Shown: one piece after another, positions 40,461 to 49,874 of the stretch
How the letters are laid out: each line of letters begins with the position of its first letter
Position numbering within the stretch: position 1 is the first letter of the stretch
NCBI GenBank assembly: GCA_963666835.2
Contig: CAXXGO010000001.1
Coordinates: forward strand, 1,056,001-1,120,000
Direction of reading: 5' to 3'
Length of the DNA stretch: 64,000 nucleotides
DNA from: Phycisphaerae bacterium
GTDB taxonomy: Bacteria; Planctomycetota; Phycisphaerae; UBA1845
Notes under the pieces: model-generated
The model's database searches: none
What the model saw: the letters and a program-made list of their open reading frames with translations, nothing else
Told to the model about the DNA's origin: nothing
Program-made: the position numbers and the translations under genes

Positions 40461-40611
40461 GTTTGCCTGCTCGCCGGGCGGTTACCCCGGCGTCGTTCCC
40501 CGTTCTCTGGCAGCCCCCGAGGTCATTTACGGCTGTGCTTGATTATGCCCCAGTGACCTTGTCGGAATGACCCTGGATTGTGTACTCGGTGATCGCCGAA
40601 GGTGGATCGAT

Positions 40612-41226
40612 ATGCATCCGGATCTCACCCCGGAGAACCTGCTGGCCGCCTACATGAGCGGGATCTTCCCGATGGCAGACAAGAGCGGGGGACTTTTCTG
40701 GCTAGCGCCGGATCCGCGGGCGATCATTGAGTTGGACGCCTTCAAGGTCTCCCGCTCGCTTCGGACGGTGTATCGGCGCGGGGTATTCGAGCTGACGGTC
40801 GACCGGGCGTTTCCCGAGGTGATTGCCGCCTGCGCCGACCGCAGAGAAGGCACCTGGATTTCCGACGAAATCCGCTCGGCCTACACCGTGTTGCACCGCT
40901 TGGAGTTCGCCCATAGCGTAGAGGCTTGGCAGGACGGGCGGCTGGCCGGTGGCTTATACGGTGTGGCCGTCGGCGGGGCTTTCTTCGGAGAGTCGATGTT
41001 CTACCGGGTGAGTGAGGCTTCCAAGGTTGCTACGGTGTTTCTGGTCGAACGGATGGTCGCGCGAGGATTCACCCTGTTGGATGTGCAGTTTGTGACCAAC
41101 CACCTTCGTAGGTTCGGGGCCGTCGAGATACCTCGGGACGAGTACGAACGGCGGCTGGACGCGGCCATCCGATTGAATTGTCTTTTCGGAGAGAGTTCTT
41201 CCTCGGCCCCCGGGTTCGGCACGTGA
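40612..41226 (+). CDS. aat: Leucyl/phenylalanyl-tRNA--protein transferase
   Basis: LLAAYMSGIFPM, PDPRAII, TWI, AHSVEAW, GGLYGV, FFGESMF, ASKVA, DVQF. Confidence 0.96.
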   Translation: MHPDLTPENLLAAYMSGIFPMADKSGGLFWLAPDPRAIIELDAFKVSRSLRTVYRRGVFELTVDRAFPEVIAACADRREGTWISDEIRSAYTVLHRLEFAHSVEAWQDGRLAGGLYGVAVGGAFFGESMFYRVSEASKVATVFLVERMVARGFTLLDVQFVTNHLRRFGAVEIPRDEYERRLDAAIRLNCLFGESSSSAPGFGT

Positions 41227-41245
41227 CCGGTGAATCGGATCCATC

Positions 41246-43168
41246 ATGACCAACCAATCTCCTCCGGCCGTCGGGAATGAGTTGTTCCTCCACAACATGC
41301 GGGCGCTTTGGCGTGAGGATCCGGCGCTGGCGCTGGCGGTGGACGCGGTTGCGGATGACGAACGGGTCGCATTGGAGCCGACCCGATCGGGAGCGTGGAC
41401 GGCGAAGATGATCACGCCGAGCGGATCTGCGGCCCACCTGCACAGTCGCTATGACCCGTGGGAAGAGGCTCGGCGCCTGATAGCCTCGGTTCCCACGGAG
41501 GACAAGTTCTGTTTCGTCGTTTCGGGTATGGGGCTGGGTTACCATGTTCGGCAGCTTTACGACAGTCTCCGCGGCGATGCGATCATTGTCTGCTTCGAGC
41601 CGTCGATTCCGCTGATTGCCTCTGCACTTACTTGCGTGGATCTATCGGAGGCAATTTCCGCCAAGCGACTGATCGTTCTGACCAGCGACGACAAGACCAG
41701 GCTGCACGAACGGCTCAAGCCCTACAATACACTGATCATGCTCGGTACACAGTTCGTGCAGCATCCGACGTCGCAGCGCGTGGCTGAAGGAGCCCACGCG
41801 GCCATGACCGCGGCGATGGCCGAGTTCGTTACTTTCACCCGGATGACCCTTGTGACAATGGTGGCGAATTCGAAGATCACGTGCAAGAACATCGCCATGA
41901 ACCTGGTCAACTACGTGACCACGCCCCCGATCGATCTGTTGCGCGGGCGGTTTGCGGGCGACCCGGCGGTGATTGTCTCGGCCGGCCCGTCATTGTCGCG
42001 CAATATCGACCAGCTTGCGGATCTCAAAGGGCGGGCGGTTCTCTGCGCGGTTCAGACCGCGGTGCAGCCGCTGATGCGGCGGGGGATTGTCCCGGACTTC
42101 GTGACGAGTCTCGATTTTCACGAGATGTCGCAGAAGTTCTTCGAGGGCGTTGACAGTCTGGCCGACACGCACCTGGTGGCCGAGCCGAAGGCGACGTGGG
42201 GGGTGGTGGACAAGTATCCGGGGCCGGTCTCGCTTCTGGCGAACGATTGGGCCGGTTTGGTGATTGGTAACGAGTTGGCCAGGCGCGACGGGCTTCCGCC
42301 GGGCGCTACTGTCGCCCACTTGGCATTCTACTTGGCGGTGTATATGGGGTGCGATCCCGTTGTCTTCGTCGGGCAGGATCTGGCTTTCACCGGGCATGCG
42401 TTTTACGTGCCCGGAGTCGAGATCCATCAGACCTGGCGGAGCGAGTTGAACCGGTTCGTTTCGATGGAACAGAAGGAATGGGACCGGATCGTGCGCAACC
42501 GGCCGATTCTGCGCAAGGTGCAGGGTATCGACGGAGGCGAGCTGTTCACGGATGAGCTGCTGTTCACTTACCTGGAACAGTTTGAGAAGGACATTGCGGA
42601 TGTGCCGTGCCGCGTGATTGACGCTACGGAGGGCGGAGCCCGTATTCGGGGCACTCAGCCGATGCCGTTGCGCGAGGTAGCCGCCCGGTTCTGCAGGGAG
42701 CAAATCGACCCCGCTCGCCTGGCGTATCGGCAAACGACGAAATGGCGTGACTCGGCGCGGTTGGCTGCCACCCGCGCCCAACTGGAACGGCGAATAGCCG
42801 AGTTGGACGATGTTATCGCGCTGTGCAACGAGTTGCTCGAGCTGTTCAAGGAACTCTCGAAACTCACCGACGACCCGCCGCGCTTCAATCAACGTTTGGT
42901 ACGGGTAGATGAGCTTCGAACCAAGGTCCAACAGGAATCTCGGGCGTATCGGATAGTCGCCTCGGCAACCCAGCTCGCGGAGCTGCGACGCTACTCGGCC
43001 GATCGGCGCATCGAGGCGGCGGACAAGGCGGATGATGCAAAGCGCGCCCAACGTCAGATTGAACGCGATACCGAGTTCATCACCGGCGTACGAGACGGAG
43101 CGGTCGACACCAAACCGGTGCTGACCGCGGCGCTGCAGAGGGTTGTCACGGCGGAGGAGGCGGAATGA
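41246..43168 (+). CDS. Maf (motility-associated factor)/DUF115 MptE-like protein
   Basis: LHSRYDPWEEA, GMGLGYH, IVSAGPSL, PDFVTSLD, GATVAHLA, FVGQDLAF, IDATEGGARI. Confidence 0.88.
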   Translation: MTNQSPPAVGNELFLHNMRALWREDPALALAVDAVADDERVALEPTRSGAWTAKMITPSGSAAHLHSRYDPWEEARRLIASVPTEDKFCFVVSGMGLGYHVRQLYDSLRGDAIIVCFEPSIPLIASALTCVDLSEAISAKRLIVLTSDDKTRLHERLKPYNTLIMLGTQFVQHPTSQRVAEGAHAAMTAAMAEFVTFTRMTLVTMVANSKITCKNIAMNLVNYVTTPPIDLLRGRFAGDPAVIVSAGPSLSRNIDQLADLKGRAVLCAVQTAVQPLMRRGIVPDFVTSLDFHEMSQKFFEGVDSLADTHLVAEPKATWGVVDKYPGPVSLLANDWAGLVIGNELARRDGLPPGATVAHLAFYLAVYMGCDPVVFVGQDLAFTGHAFYVPGVEIHQTWRSELNRFVSMEQKEWDRIVRNRPILRKVQGIDGGELFTDELLFTYLEQFEKDIADVPCRVIDATEGGARIRGTQPMPLREVAARFCREQIDPARLAYRQTTKWRDSARLAATRAQLERRIAELDDVIALCNELLELFKELSKLTDDPPRFNQRLVRVDELRTKVQQESRAYRIVASATQLAELRRYSADRRIEAADKADDAKRAQRQIERDTEFITGVRDGAVDTKPVLTAALQRVVTAEEAE

Positions 43169-44823
43169 GCATCATTGCCGTAATCCAGGCCGATCTCGAA
43201 ACAACCCCCATCGGCACCCGCAGCCGACTGGCCGAGGAGGTGGGGGGAGTACCCATCCTACGCCGAACCGTTGAGCGTGCCGCGGCCGTCAGCCACCTCG
43301 ACGATGTGTGCGTGCTCTGCCCGACAGACCAAGCCGACCGCTGCGCGGCGTTGATTGCCGGGACCGGGGCAAGTGTGCGGACGCACTCGGCGCCGCCGGC
43401 CCCGTGGGCCGCACTCGTGCAGACCGCGCGGAAGTGGTCGCTCGATGGCTGGCGCGGCGGGATAGGGGGCACGACCAGCTTCGACGAATTCACCGACTCC
43501 CGCCTGATCGCAGGGGTGTTCCGGGAGTGTGCGGCAGACGAAGTCCTGAGCGTACCACCGGCCGCCCCGCTCTTCGATCCCGAACTCGCCGCGCGGATGA
43601 TTGAGCACAAACACACGACGGACGAAGAAGTCCGGATGGTGTTCTCTCAGGCTCCGCCCGGGCTGGCCGGGGTCGTGCTCGACGCCGCACTGGTGCATGA
43701 GCTGGCCGGAAAGAACAGCCCGATCGGCTGGACCTTCAGCTACCAGCCGGACGACGCCCGCAAGGACCTGATCTTCCAGCCTTGTTGCTACGAGGTCCCG
43801 CGAGAGCTTAGGCATGCCACTGGCCGATTAATTGCCGACACCGACCGCTCCGTCGAGACGATCGCGGCTCTGCTGAGGGATAAGGAGTCGCCCGACTCCG
43901 CGGCGATCGGCAAGTGGCTTATGCGGCGCATGGGTACCCATGTCGAAACCCATCCGCGCGAGGTCGAGATCGAGTTGACTACGGAGGATCCCTTCCCCGA
44001 CGCTTTGCTTCGCCCGCGCGGCCAGCGGGTGGGGCAGCGCGGTCCGATCGATCCGGCGCTGGTCACCAAAGTCGTGGCCGAGGTCAGCGCTTTCGACGAC
44101 GCACTTGTCGTGCTGGCCGGTTTCGGCGACCCGTTCCGGCATCCGGAGTTCCGCCCCATTCTGCAGGCTCTCGCCGCGAGCCGCGCTGCCGGGCGAGGAC
44201 CGTACGGCTTAGCCGTGCGCACGGCCGGCGTCGACCTTGACGAGAGTATGAGCCGTACACTTGTCGAATGCGGAGTGGATGTACTGCAGGTTCCTATGGA
44301 CGCCTGGACGGCGGAGTTATACGGCCGCTTGCAGTCACCGCACAATCCGGCCGTGGCAAGTTTGGAGCTGGTGCGGTCTAATCTCGATGCGCTTGGCCGA
44401 GTCCGCCAAGAGCGCGGCAGCGTTCGGCCGATCGTCTTGCCGGAGTTTACCAAAGCTCGCGAGAACGTTCATGAGATGGACAGCTTCTACGACGGTTGGA
44501 TCCGGCAGCACGGGGCCGCGGTGATAAGCGGCAGTTGCCACTTCGCCGGGCAGGTGGAGGACCACAGCGTCATTACGATGACGCCCCCGACGCGCGGGGC
44601 GTGTGGGCGCCTCGGTGCTCGTTGTCTGATCCTGGCAGACGGAAACGTAGCCATGTGCGATCAAGACCTTCGCGGTCAGCATACCGTGGGGGACTTGACC
44701 GAGCGGGACTTGGCTGCGATCTGGCACGGCGCGGAACTTGGCCGAATCCGGCAAGCTCACTGTTCGGGCCGTTTTGCCCCTACGCCACTATGCCCGGCTT
44801 GCGCGGAATGGCATCGCCCGTAG
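43165..44823 (+). CDS. Cytidylyltransferase-like plus degenerate radical SAM plus SPASM protein (spiro-SPASM-like architecture)
   Basis: N-terminal IIAVIQA..GGVPILRRTVER; PREVEIELTT without CxxxCxxC; GFGDPFRHP; C-terminal C..ILADGNVAMCDQD..VGDL..AIW..LCPACAEW; ATGA overlap with the maf gene. Confidence 0.85.
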   Translation: MSIIAVIQADLETTPIGTRSRLAEEVGGVPILRRTVERAAAVSHLDDVCVLCPTDQADRCAALIAGTGASVRTHSAPPAPWAALVQTARKWSLDGWRGGIGGTTSFDEFTDSRLIAGVFRECAADEVLSVPPAAPLFDPELAARMIEHKHTTDEEVRMVFSQAPPGLAGVVLDAALVHELAGKNSPIGWTFSYQPDDARKDLIFQPCCYEVPRELRHATGRLIADTDRSVETIAALLRDKESPDSAAIGKWLMRRMGTHVETHPREVEIELTTEDPFPDALLRPRGQRVGQRGPIDPALVTKVVAEVSAFDDALVVLAGFGDPFRHPEFRPILQALAASRAAGRGPYGLAVRTAGVDLDESMSRTLVECGVDVLQVPMDAWTAELYGRLQSPHNPAVASLELVRSNLDALGRVRQERGSVRPIVLPEFTKARENVHEMDSFYDGWIRQHGAAVISGSCHFAGQVEDHSVITMTPPTRGACGRLGARCLILADGNVAMCDQDLRGQHTVGDLTERDLAAIWHGAELGRIRQAHCSGRFAPTPLCPACAEWHRP

Positions 44824-44946
44824 GGTCCCCCCGCGTGAAAAGTGCTAAGGTCCCCGATGGTTGGCATCGAACTTGCTCGCCGTACCGGCAGGCTTGCTTG
44901 GCGCCCGCCCAGCCCCTACCTTACGTGTTTTAGTGGGGAGACCACG

Positions 44947-45939
44947 ATGGCTCACCGGTTCATTAACGAACTTCAAGCCGGACAGATGCTCGAGGACGAG
45001 GTGTTTCTGATCCGATCAAAGGATCTCCGCACCACGACTCAGGGTAAGCTGTACATCCACGCCATTCTGGTCGACCGCACAGGGGAGCTGGTCACGCGGA
45101 TGTGGCAGGCGACGGAGGCCGGGTTTCAGTCGATGCCTGAAGGCGGTTTCCTGCGGTTCAAGGGCCGGGTCGAGAACTACAAAGGCAACCTGCAGTTTGT
45201 TATCGACGCGATGCGTCCGGCGGAGGAGGGCTCGTACGAGCTTGGGGACTTCGTGTCGGTCAGCAGTCGCGACCTGGGCGAGATGTGGACCCGGACCGTG
45301 GAGATCATGCGCGGTGTGAAGAACCCCGATCTGGCCGCCTTGATTGAGGAGTTCCTTGCCGATCAGGGCCTTATGGACCGGTTCCGCAAGGCTCCGGCGG
45401 CGGCGGTAATGCATCATGCGTTCATCGGGGGTTTGATGGAGCACACGCTGAACATCTTGGAGATGGCCCTCCGGGTGATTCCGCTTTATCCCCAAATCAG
45501 TCTCGATCTTGTTCTGACGGCCATCTTCCTTCACGACCTGGGCAAGTCGGCGGAGCTGGCTTGCGATACGACCATAACCTACACCGACAACGGGCAACTG
45601 ATCGGCCACCTCGTGTTGGCAACGATGTGGATAGAAAAGAAGGCCGATGCCGTAGGCGCAAAGACCGGGCGGCCTTTCCCCGAACAGCTTCGCTGGGTGT
45701 TGCAGCACATCGTGCTCAGCCACCACGGACAGTACGAATTCGGCAGCCCGAAGCTCCCGGCCGTGCCCGAGGCGGTCGCGGTACACTATCTCGATAACAT
45801 CGACGCCAAGTTGAACATGTTCCTTGGTGAGATCGACAAGGACCGCGATCCGGCGAGCCGTTGGACCAACTACCATCGTGCTTTGGAAACGAAGATATAC
45901 AAACCTGACGTAATGGGAACTCGCGGCGGCTGCTCGTAA
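44947..45939 (+). CDS. yhaM: 3'-5' exoribonuclease YhaM/Cbf family (OB plus HD)
   Basis: OB-fold N-terminus; PAAAVMHHAFIGGLMEHT, LHDLGK, LIGH, SHHGQYEFGSP, DNIDAK. Confidence 0.9.
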   Translation: MAHRFINELQAGQMLEDEVFLIRSKDLRTTTQGKLYIHAILVDRTGELVTRMWQATEAGFQSMPEGGFLRFKGRVENYKGNLQFVIDAMRPAEEGSYELGDFVSVSSRDLGEMWTRTVEIMRGVKNPDLAALIEEFLADQGLMDRFRKAPAAAVMHHAFIGGLMEHTLNILEMALRVIPLYPQISLDLVLTAIFLHDLGKSAELACDTTITYTDNGQLIGHLVLATMWIEKKADAVGAKTGRPFPEQLRWVLQHIVLSHHGQYEFGSPKLPAVPEAVAVHYLDNIDAKLNMFLGEIDKDRDPASRWTNYHRALETKIYKPDVMGTRGGCS

Positions 45940-45972
45940 GGTAGACGCCCCATTGGATAATCGACGGACAAC

Positions 45973-47310
45973 ATGAGATACACGCAATTCACGCAAGAGC
46001 AGGTCAAGCGGATGCTGACCACTATCGGAGTCGACTCGATCGATGCGCTTTTCGAGACGATCCCCCAGCCGTTGCGGCTGGGGCGGCCGTTAGACCTTCC
46101 GCCCGGTATCGGGGAGTTGGAGCTGCTTCGCGAGGTTGACACGCTTGCCGCCGGTAACCGCACCTGCGCTGAACAGGTCTGTTTTCTGGGCGCCGGGGCG
46201 TACGACCACTTCATCCCCACGGTGGTCGATGCGATGGCCGGGCAGAGCGAATTTGTAACGGCCTACACGCCCTATCAGGCGGAGGCGTCGCAAGGGGTTC
46301 TACAGCTCTTCTACGAGTTTCAGACGATGGTCTGTATGCTGACCGGGATGGACGTGGCCAACGCCTCGCTTTACGAAGGGGCGACCGCCGCGGCCGAAGC
46401 GGTGATGATGGCTACGGCGATTACTCGCCGGGACAAGGCGGTCGTGGCGGACTCGATTCACCCGGATACTCTGCAGGTTCTCAAGACCTACGGGCAACAG
46501 CGCGGGTTCGAGGTCGTCACGGTTCCCAGCCCCGAAGGCGTGGTGGACGAAGACGCCCTGGCGAAGGCCGTGGATGACAACACTGCGGCAGTGCTGGTTC
46601 AGTCTCCGAACTTCTTCGGGTGCCTGGAGCGCATCGACCGGGTTATCGACAAGGCCCACGCCGGCAAGGCGTTGGCCGTAGTCTCGACCGATCCGCTGAC
46701 CGGTGGAATGTTCAAACCGCCGGGGCACTTCGGGGCGGACATCGTGGTAGGTGAGGGTCAGCCGCTTGGCATCCCGCTGCAGTATGGCGGGCCCTATCTG
46801 GGTTTGATGGCGACGCGCGAAAAGTACTTGCGCAAGATGCCCGGTCGCGTTGTGGGCCAGACCCGTGACACTAACGGTAAACGCGGCTATTGCCTGTCAC
46901 TGCAGGTGCGGGAACAGCACATCAAACGCGAGCGGGCTACCAGTAATATCTGTACAAACCAAGGGCTGCTCGCGATCCGGGCTTCCATCTACTTAGCTGC
47001 GATGGGGCGCAGCGGGGTGGCCCGGGTCGCCGCCCAGTGTTTCGACAACTCGCACTATACGGCCAAGGAAATCGCCGGGCTGGACGGATACGAGCTGCAG
47101 TTCGACGCTCCGTTCTTCAAGGAGTTTACGGTCCGCACAAAGCGCAACGTAAAGGACGTGCTAGCGTCCTGTCATGATAATGGCATCCTGGCCGGCGTGC
47201 CGCTGGTGCGGTTCGACGATCGATATAGTGACTGTTTCCTCGTAGCAACGACCGAGAAGCGAACCAAGGCGGAAATCGACAGCCTGGTGGCCGCATTGAA
47301 ATCAGCTTAA
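45973..47310 (+). CDS. gcvPA: Glycine dehydrogenase subunit 1
   Basis: FLGAGAYDH, TAYTPYQAEASQG, ANASLYEG, REQHIKRERATSNICTNQ. Confidence 0.97.
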   Translation: MRYTQFTQEQVKRMLTTIGVDSIDALFETIPQPLRLGRPLDLPPGIGELELLREVDTLAAGNRTCAEQVCFLGAGAYDHFIPTVVDAMAGQSEFVTAYTPYQAEASQGVLQLFYEFQTMVCMLTGMDVANASLYEGATAAAEAVMMATAITRRDKAVVADSIHPDTLQVLKTYGQQRGFEVVTVPSPEGVVDEDALAKAVDDNTAAVLVQSPNFFGCLERIDRVIDKAHAGKALAVVSTDPLTGGMFKPPGHFGADIVVGEGQPLGIPLQYGGPYLGLMATREKYLRKMPGRVVGQTRDTNGKRGYCLSLQVREQHIKRERATSNICTNQGLLAIRASIYLAAMGRSGVARVAAQCFDNSHYTAKEIAGLDGYELQFDAPFFKEFTVRTKRNVKDVLASCHDNGILAGVPLVRFDDRYSDCFLVATTEKRTKAEIDSLVAALKSA

Positions 47311-47359
47311 TCCAGATCCCGCCGGTTTGCGGCCGGGAAAACGCAAGGACCACAACTTG

Positions 47360-48829
47360 ATGAACGCAGAACCTAAGACACGACAAGCCGACCACCCGCT
47401 GCTGTTCGAGCTCGGATCCGAAGGGCTGGATACGGCGTTTACTATCGCTACCGACGTGCCCGCGGCCAAGCCGGCGGATACGATCCCTGCGGAACTGCTG
47501 GCCGAGGAACTTCCGGGTCTTCCTCAGGTTGGTGAGGCGGACGTTGTACGCCATTACAAGCGTCTCGCCCATCGCTGCTTCAGCGTCGACGAGAACTTCT
47601 ATCCGCTGGGCAGTTGCACGATGAAGTACAACCCGCGGATCAACGAGCGCGTCTCCGCCATGCCGGCCTTCGCCAACCTGCATCCCTACCAGAATGATGC
47701 GGATGTGCAGGGGATGCTTGAGCTGTTGTACCGCCTGCGATGCGACTTGGCGGAGATCTCGGGTCTGGCCGAGGTCACCTTGCAGCCGGCGGCCGGCGCT
47801 CACGGCGAGATGACCGCGCTGATGGTGGTTGAGGCCTATCATCGCAGCCGCGGAGAACGGCGCATGAAGGTCCTCGCCCCCGACAGCGCTCACGGCACGA
47901 ACCCGGCGAGTTGCTCAACCTGCGGAGGGGAGTTCGTAACCGTCCGCTCCCGCGAGGACGGCCGGGTGGATCTGGCCGATCTGACCGCCAAGGTAGACGA
48001 AAACACCTCGGCTTTCATGATTACCAACCCGAATACTGTCGGAGTGTTTGAGACCCAGATTGCGGAAATCGCCGAAGTGGTCCATGCCAAGGGGGCTCAG
48101 CTATACATCGATGGGGCGAACCTGAACGCCATCCTCGGCGTTACCCGCCCGGGTGATTTCGGCGCCGACTGCATGCACTACAACACGCACAAGACGCTCA
48201 GTACTCCCCACGGCTGCGGCGGACCAGGAGCGGGGCCGGTCGGGGTCGCGGAACACCTTAGGGAGTTTCTGCCCGTGCCGCAGGTCGTCAAGCGCGACGA
48301 CGGCTCGTATGCCTGGGTGGATAATCGGCCCAAGAGCATCGGCAAGGTTCGCTCGTTCTACGGGCAGATCAACGTGCTCGTGCGGGCGTATGCCTATATT
48401 CGCAGCCTTGGGCACGACGGCTTGCGCGACGTTGCGGAGAAAGCGGTGCTGTCGGCGAACTACCTGGCCGCCCGGCTCAAGAACCGGTATACGATGCCCT
48501 TCCCACCGCCGTATGCCCACGAGTTCATTATGGTGCCCGAGTTCCCCGACAGCGGCGTGGACGAGATTCAGATTGCCAAGAGGCTGATCGACCACGGGAT
48601 CCATCCGCCGACGATGAGCTGGCCCATCCACCATTGCCTGATGATCGAGCCGACGGAGACGGAGTCGCCGCAAACGCTGGATCAGTTCGCCGAGGCCATG
48701 TTGGAAATTGCCGACGAGATCGAAAACGACCCGGAGACCGTCAAGACTGCTCCGCACACTACGTGCGTTCGGCGTTTGGATGAGGTGGCCGCGAGTCGCA
48801 AGCCGAACGTCCGCTGGCGTCCGGAGTAG
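47360..48829 (+). CDS. gcvPB: Glycine dehydrogenase subunit 2
   Basis: YPLGSCTMKYNP, QPAAGAHGE, SAHGTNPAS, HKT PLP lysine, MIEPTETES. Confidence 0.97.
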   Translation: MNAEPKTRQADHPLLFELGSEGLDTAFTIATDVPAAKPADTIPAELLAEELPGLPQVGEADVVRHYKRLAHRCFSVDENFYPLGSCTMKYNPRINERVSAMPAFANLHPYQNDADVQGMLELLYRLRCDLAEISGLAEVTLQPAAGAHGEMTALMVVEAYHRSRGERRMKVLAPDSAHGTNPASCSTCGGEFVTVRSREDGRVDLADLTAKVDENTSAFMITNPNTVGVFETQIAEIAEVVHAKGAQLYIDGANLNAILGVTRPGDFGADCMHYNTHKTLSTPHGCGGPGAGPVGVAEHLREFLPVPQVVKRDDGSYAWVDNRPKSIGKVRSFYGQINVLVRAYAYIRSLGHDGLRDVAEKAVLSANYLAARLKNRYTMPFPPPYAHEFIMVPEFPDSGVDEIQIAKRLIDHGIHPPTMSWPIHHCLMIEPTETESPQTLDQFAEAMLEIADEIENDPETVKTAPHTTCVRRLDEVAASRKPNVRWRPE

Positions 48830-48889
48830 GCGAGGCGCCGCCGTTTTCCATCCGCCGCCGCGGGTGGCAAAGGGCGACTCGAGAACACC

Positions 48890-49642
48890 GTGGCTGATTC
48901 AGCGCTAATCCGCGTTCTGCAAGACCCGCCGCTTGACGGTCCGACGAACATGGCCCGGGACGAGGCGTTGCTGCTGCGGGTCGAGGTGGGGGAGTCGAGC
49001 CCGACCCTTCGGCTGTACCAATGGGAACCGCCGACGATTTCGCTGGGGTACTTTCAGCGGTATGCCGACTATGAGGCCTTGCCCGCGCCGGCCGGGGAGT
49101 TGGCCGTAGTGCGGCGGCTGACCGGTGGGGGGGCGATCCTCCACGATCTTGAACTTACGTACTCGCTTGTGCTGCCGATTGGGCATTCCCTTCTGGCGGA
49201 CCACCCCAATCGCCTATACGAGATTGCCCACGACGCGGTCATCGCCGCGTTGGCGGGGCTCGATGTGAGTGTCGCCCGGTGCGGTGTGACCGATGATTCG
49301 GGCCCGACCCGTGGTCCGTTCTTCTGTTTCGAGCGGCGGCATTGCTATGACGTGCTGGCCGGTTCGGACAAGATCACCGGCAGCGCCCAACGCCGGACCC
49401 ACCGCGCCGTTCTCCAACACGGGTCGATTATCCTCGGCAACCGCTACGATCAACAAGCCACCGCCCGCGTGGCCGGGTCGTACGAGCAGAGCGTGAACCG
49501 CTTGCGCTCCACCTTTGTGGATCACCTTTCCGACCTGACCGACTGCGCCTTCCAAGCCGGAGATTGGACCCCGGAAGAACTAGCCGCCGCCGAGTCGCTA
49601 ACGCCGAAGTACGCCGGAGATGACTGGGTGAGACGGCGTTAG
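48890..49642 (+). CDS. Lipoate--protein ligase / octanoyltransferase (LipM-like)
   Basis: NMARDEALL, LRLYQW, SLGYFQ, VRRLTGGGAILH, KITGSAQ, LQHGSI; next to gcvP. Confidence 0.9.
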   Translation: MADSALIRVLQDPPLDGPTNMARDEALLLRVEVGESSPTLRLYQWEPPTISLGYFQRYADYEALPAPAGELAVVRRLTGGGAILHDLELTYSLVLPIGHSLLADHPNRLYEIAHDAVIAALAGLDVSVARCGVTDDSGPTRGPFFCFERRHCYDVLAGSDKITGSAQRRTHRAVLQHGSIILGNRYDQQATARVAGSYEQSVNRLRSTFVDHLSDLTDCAFQAGDWTPEELAAAESLTPKYAGDDWVRRR

Positions 49643-49874
49643 TAGGGGGAGAGCTTGGACGGCGAGTAGGGGGCATACCTCTAAAACACCCTCTCCCGGT
49701 CTTCGGAGGCGCCCTACAGTCTACTCAAGTCTACTCAACGACGGCACGCCCGCCGGTGTTCCCGGTGCCAGATTCGCAACCGTTGCGGCAATCGTGCAAC
49801 GGTCGACGAGGCATGGTGGACCGAACGATGCTATTGGGCTTCTCAGGGGCGGCAGCTTGTGACAGAATACACGT

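Noticed and set aside
43165..44823. Active radical SAM RiPP maturase
   Set aside because: No CxxxCxxC motif and no nearby precursor peptide
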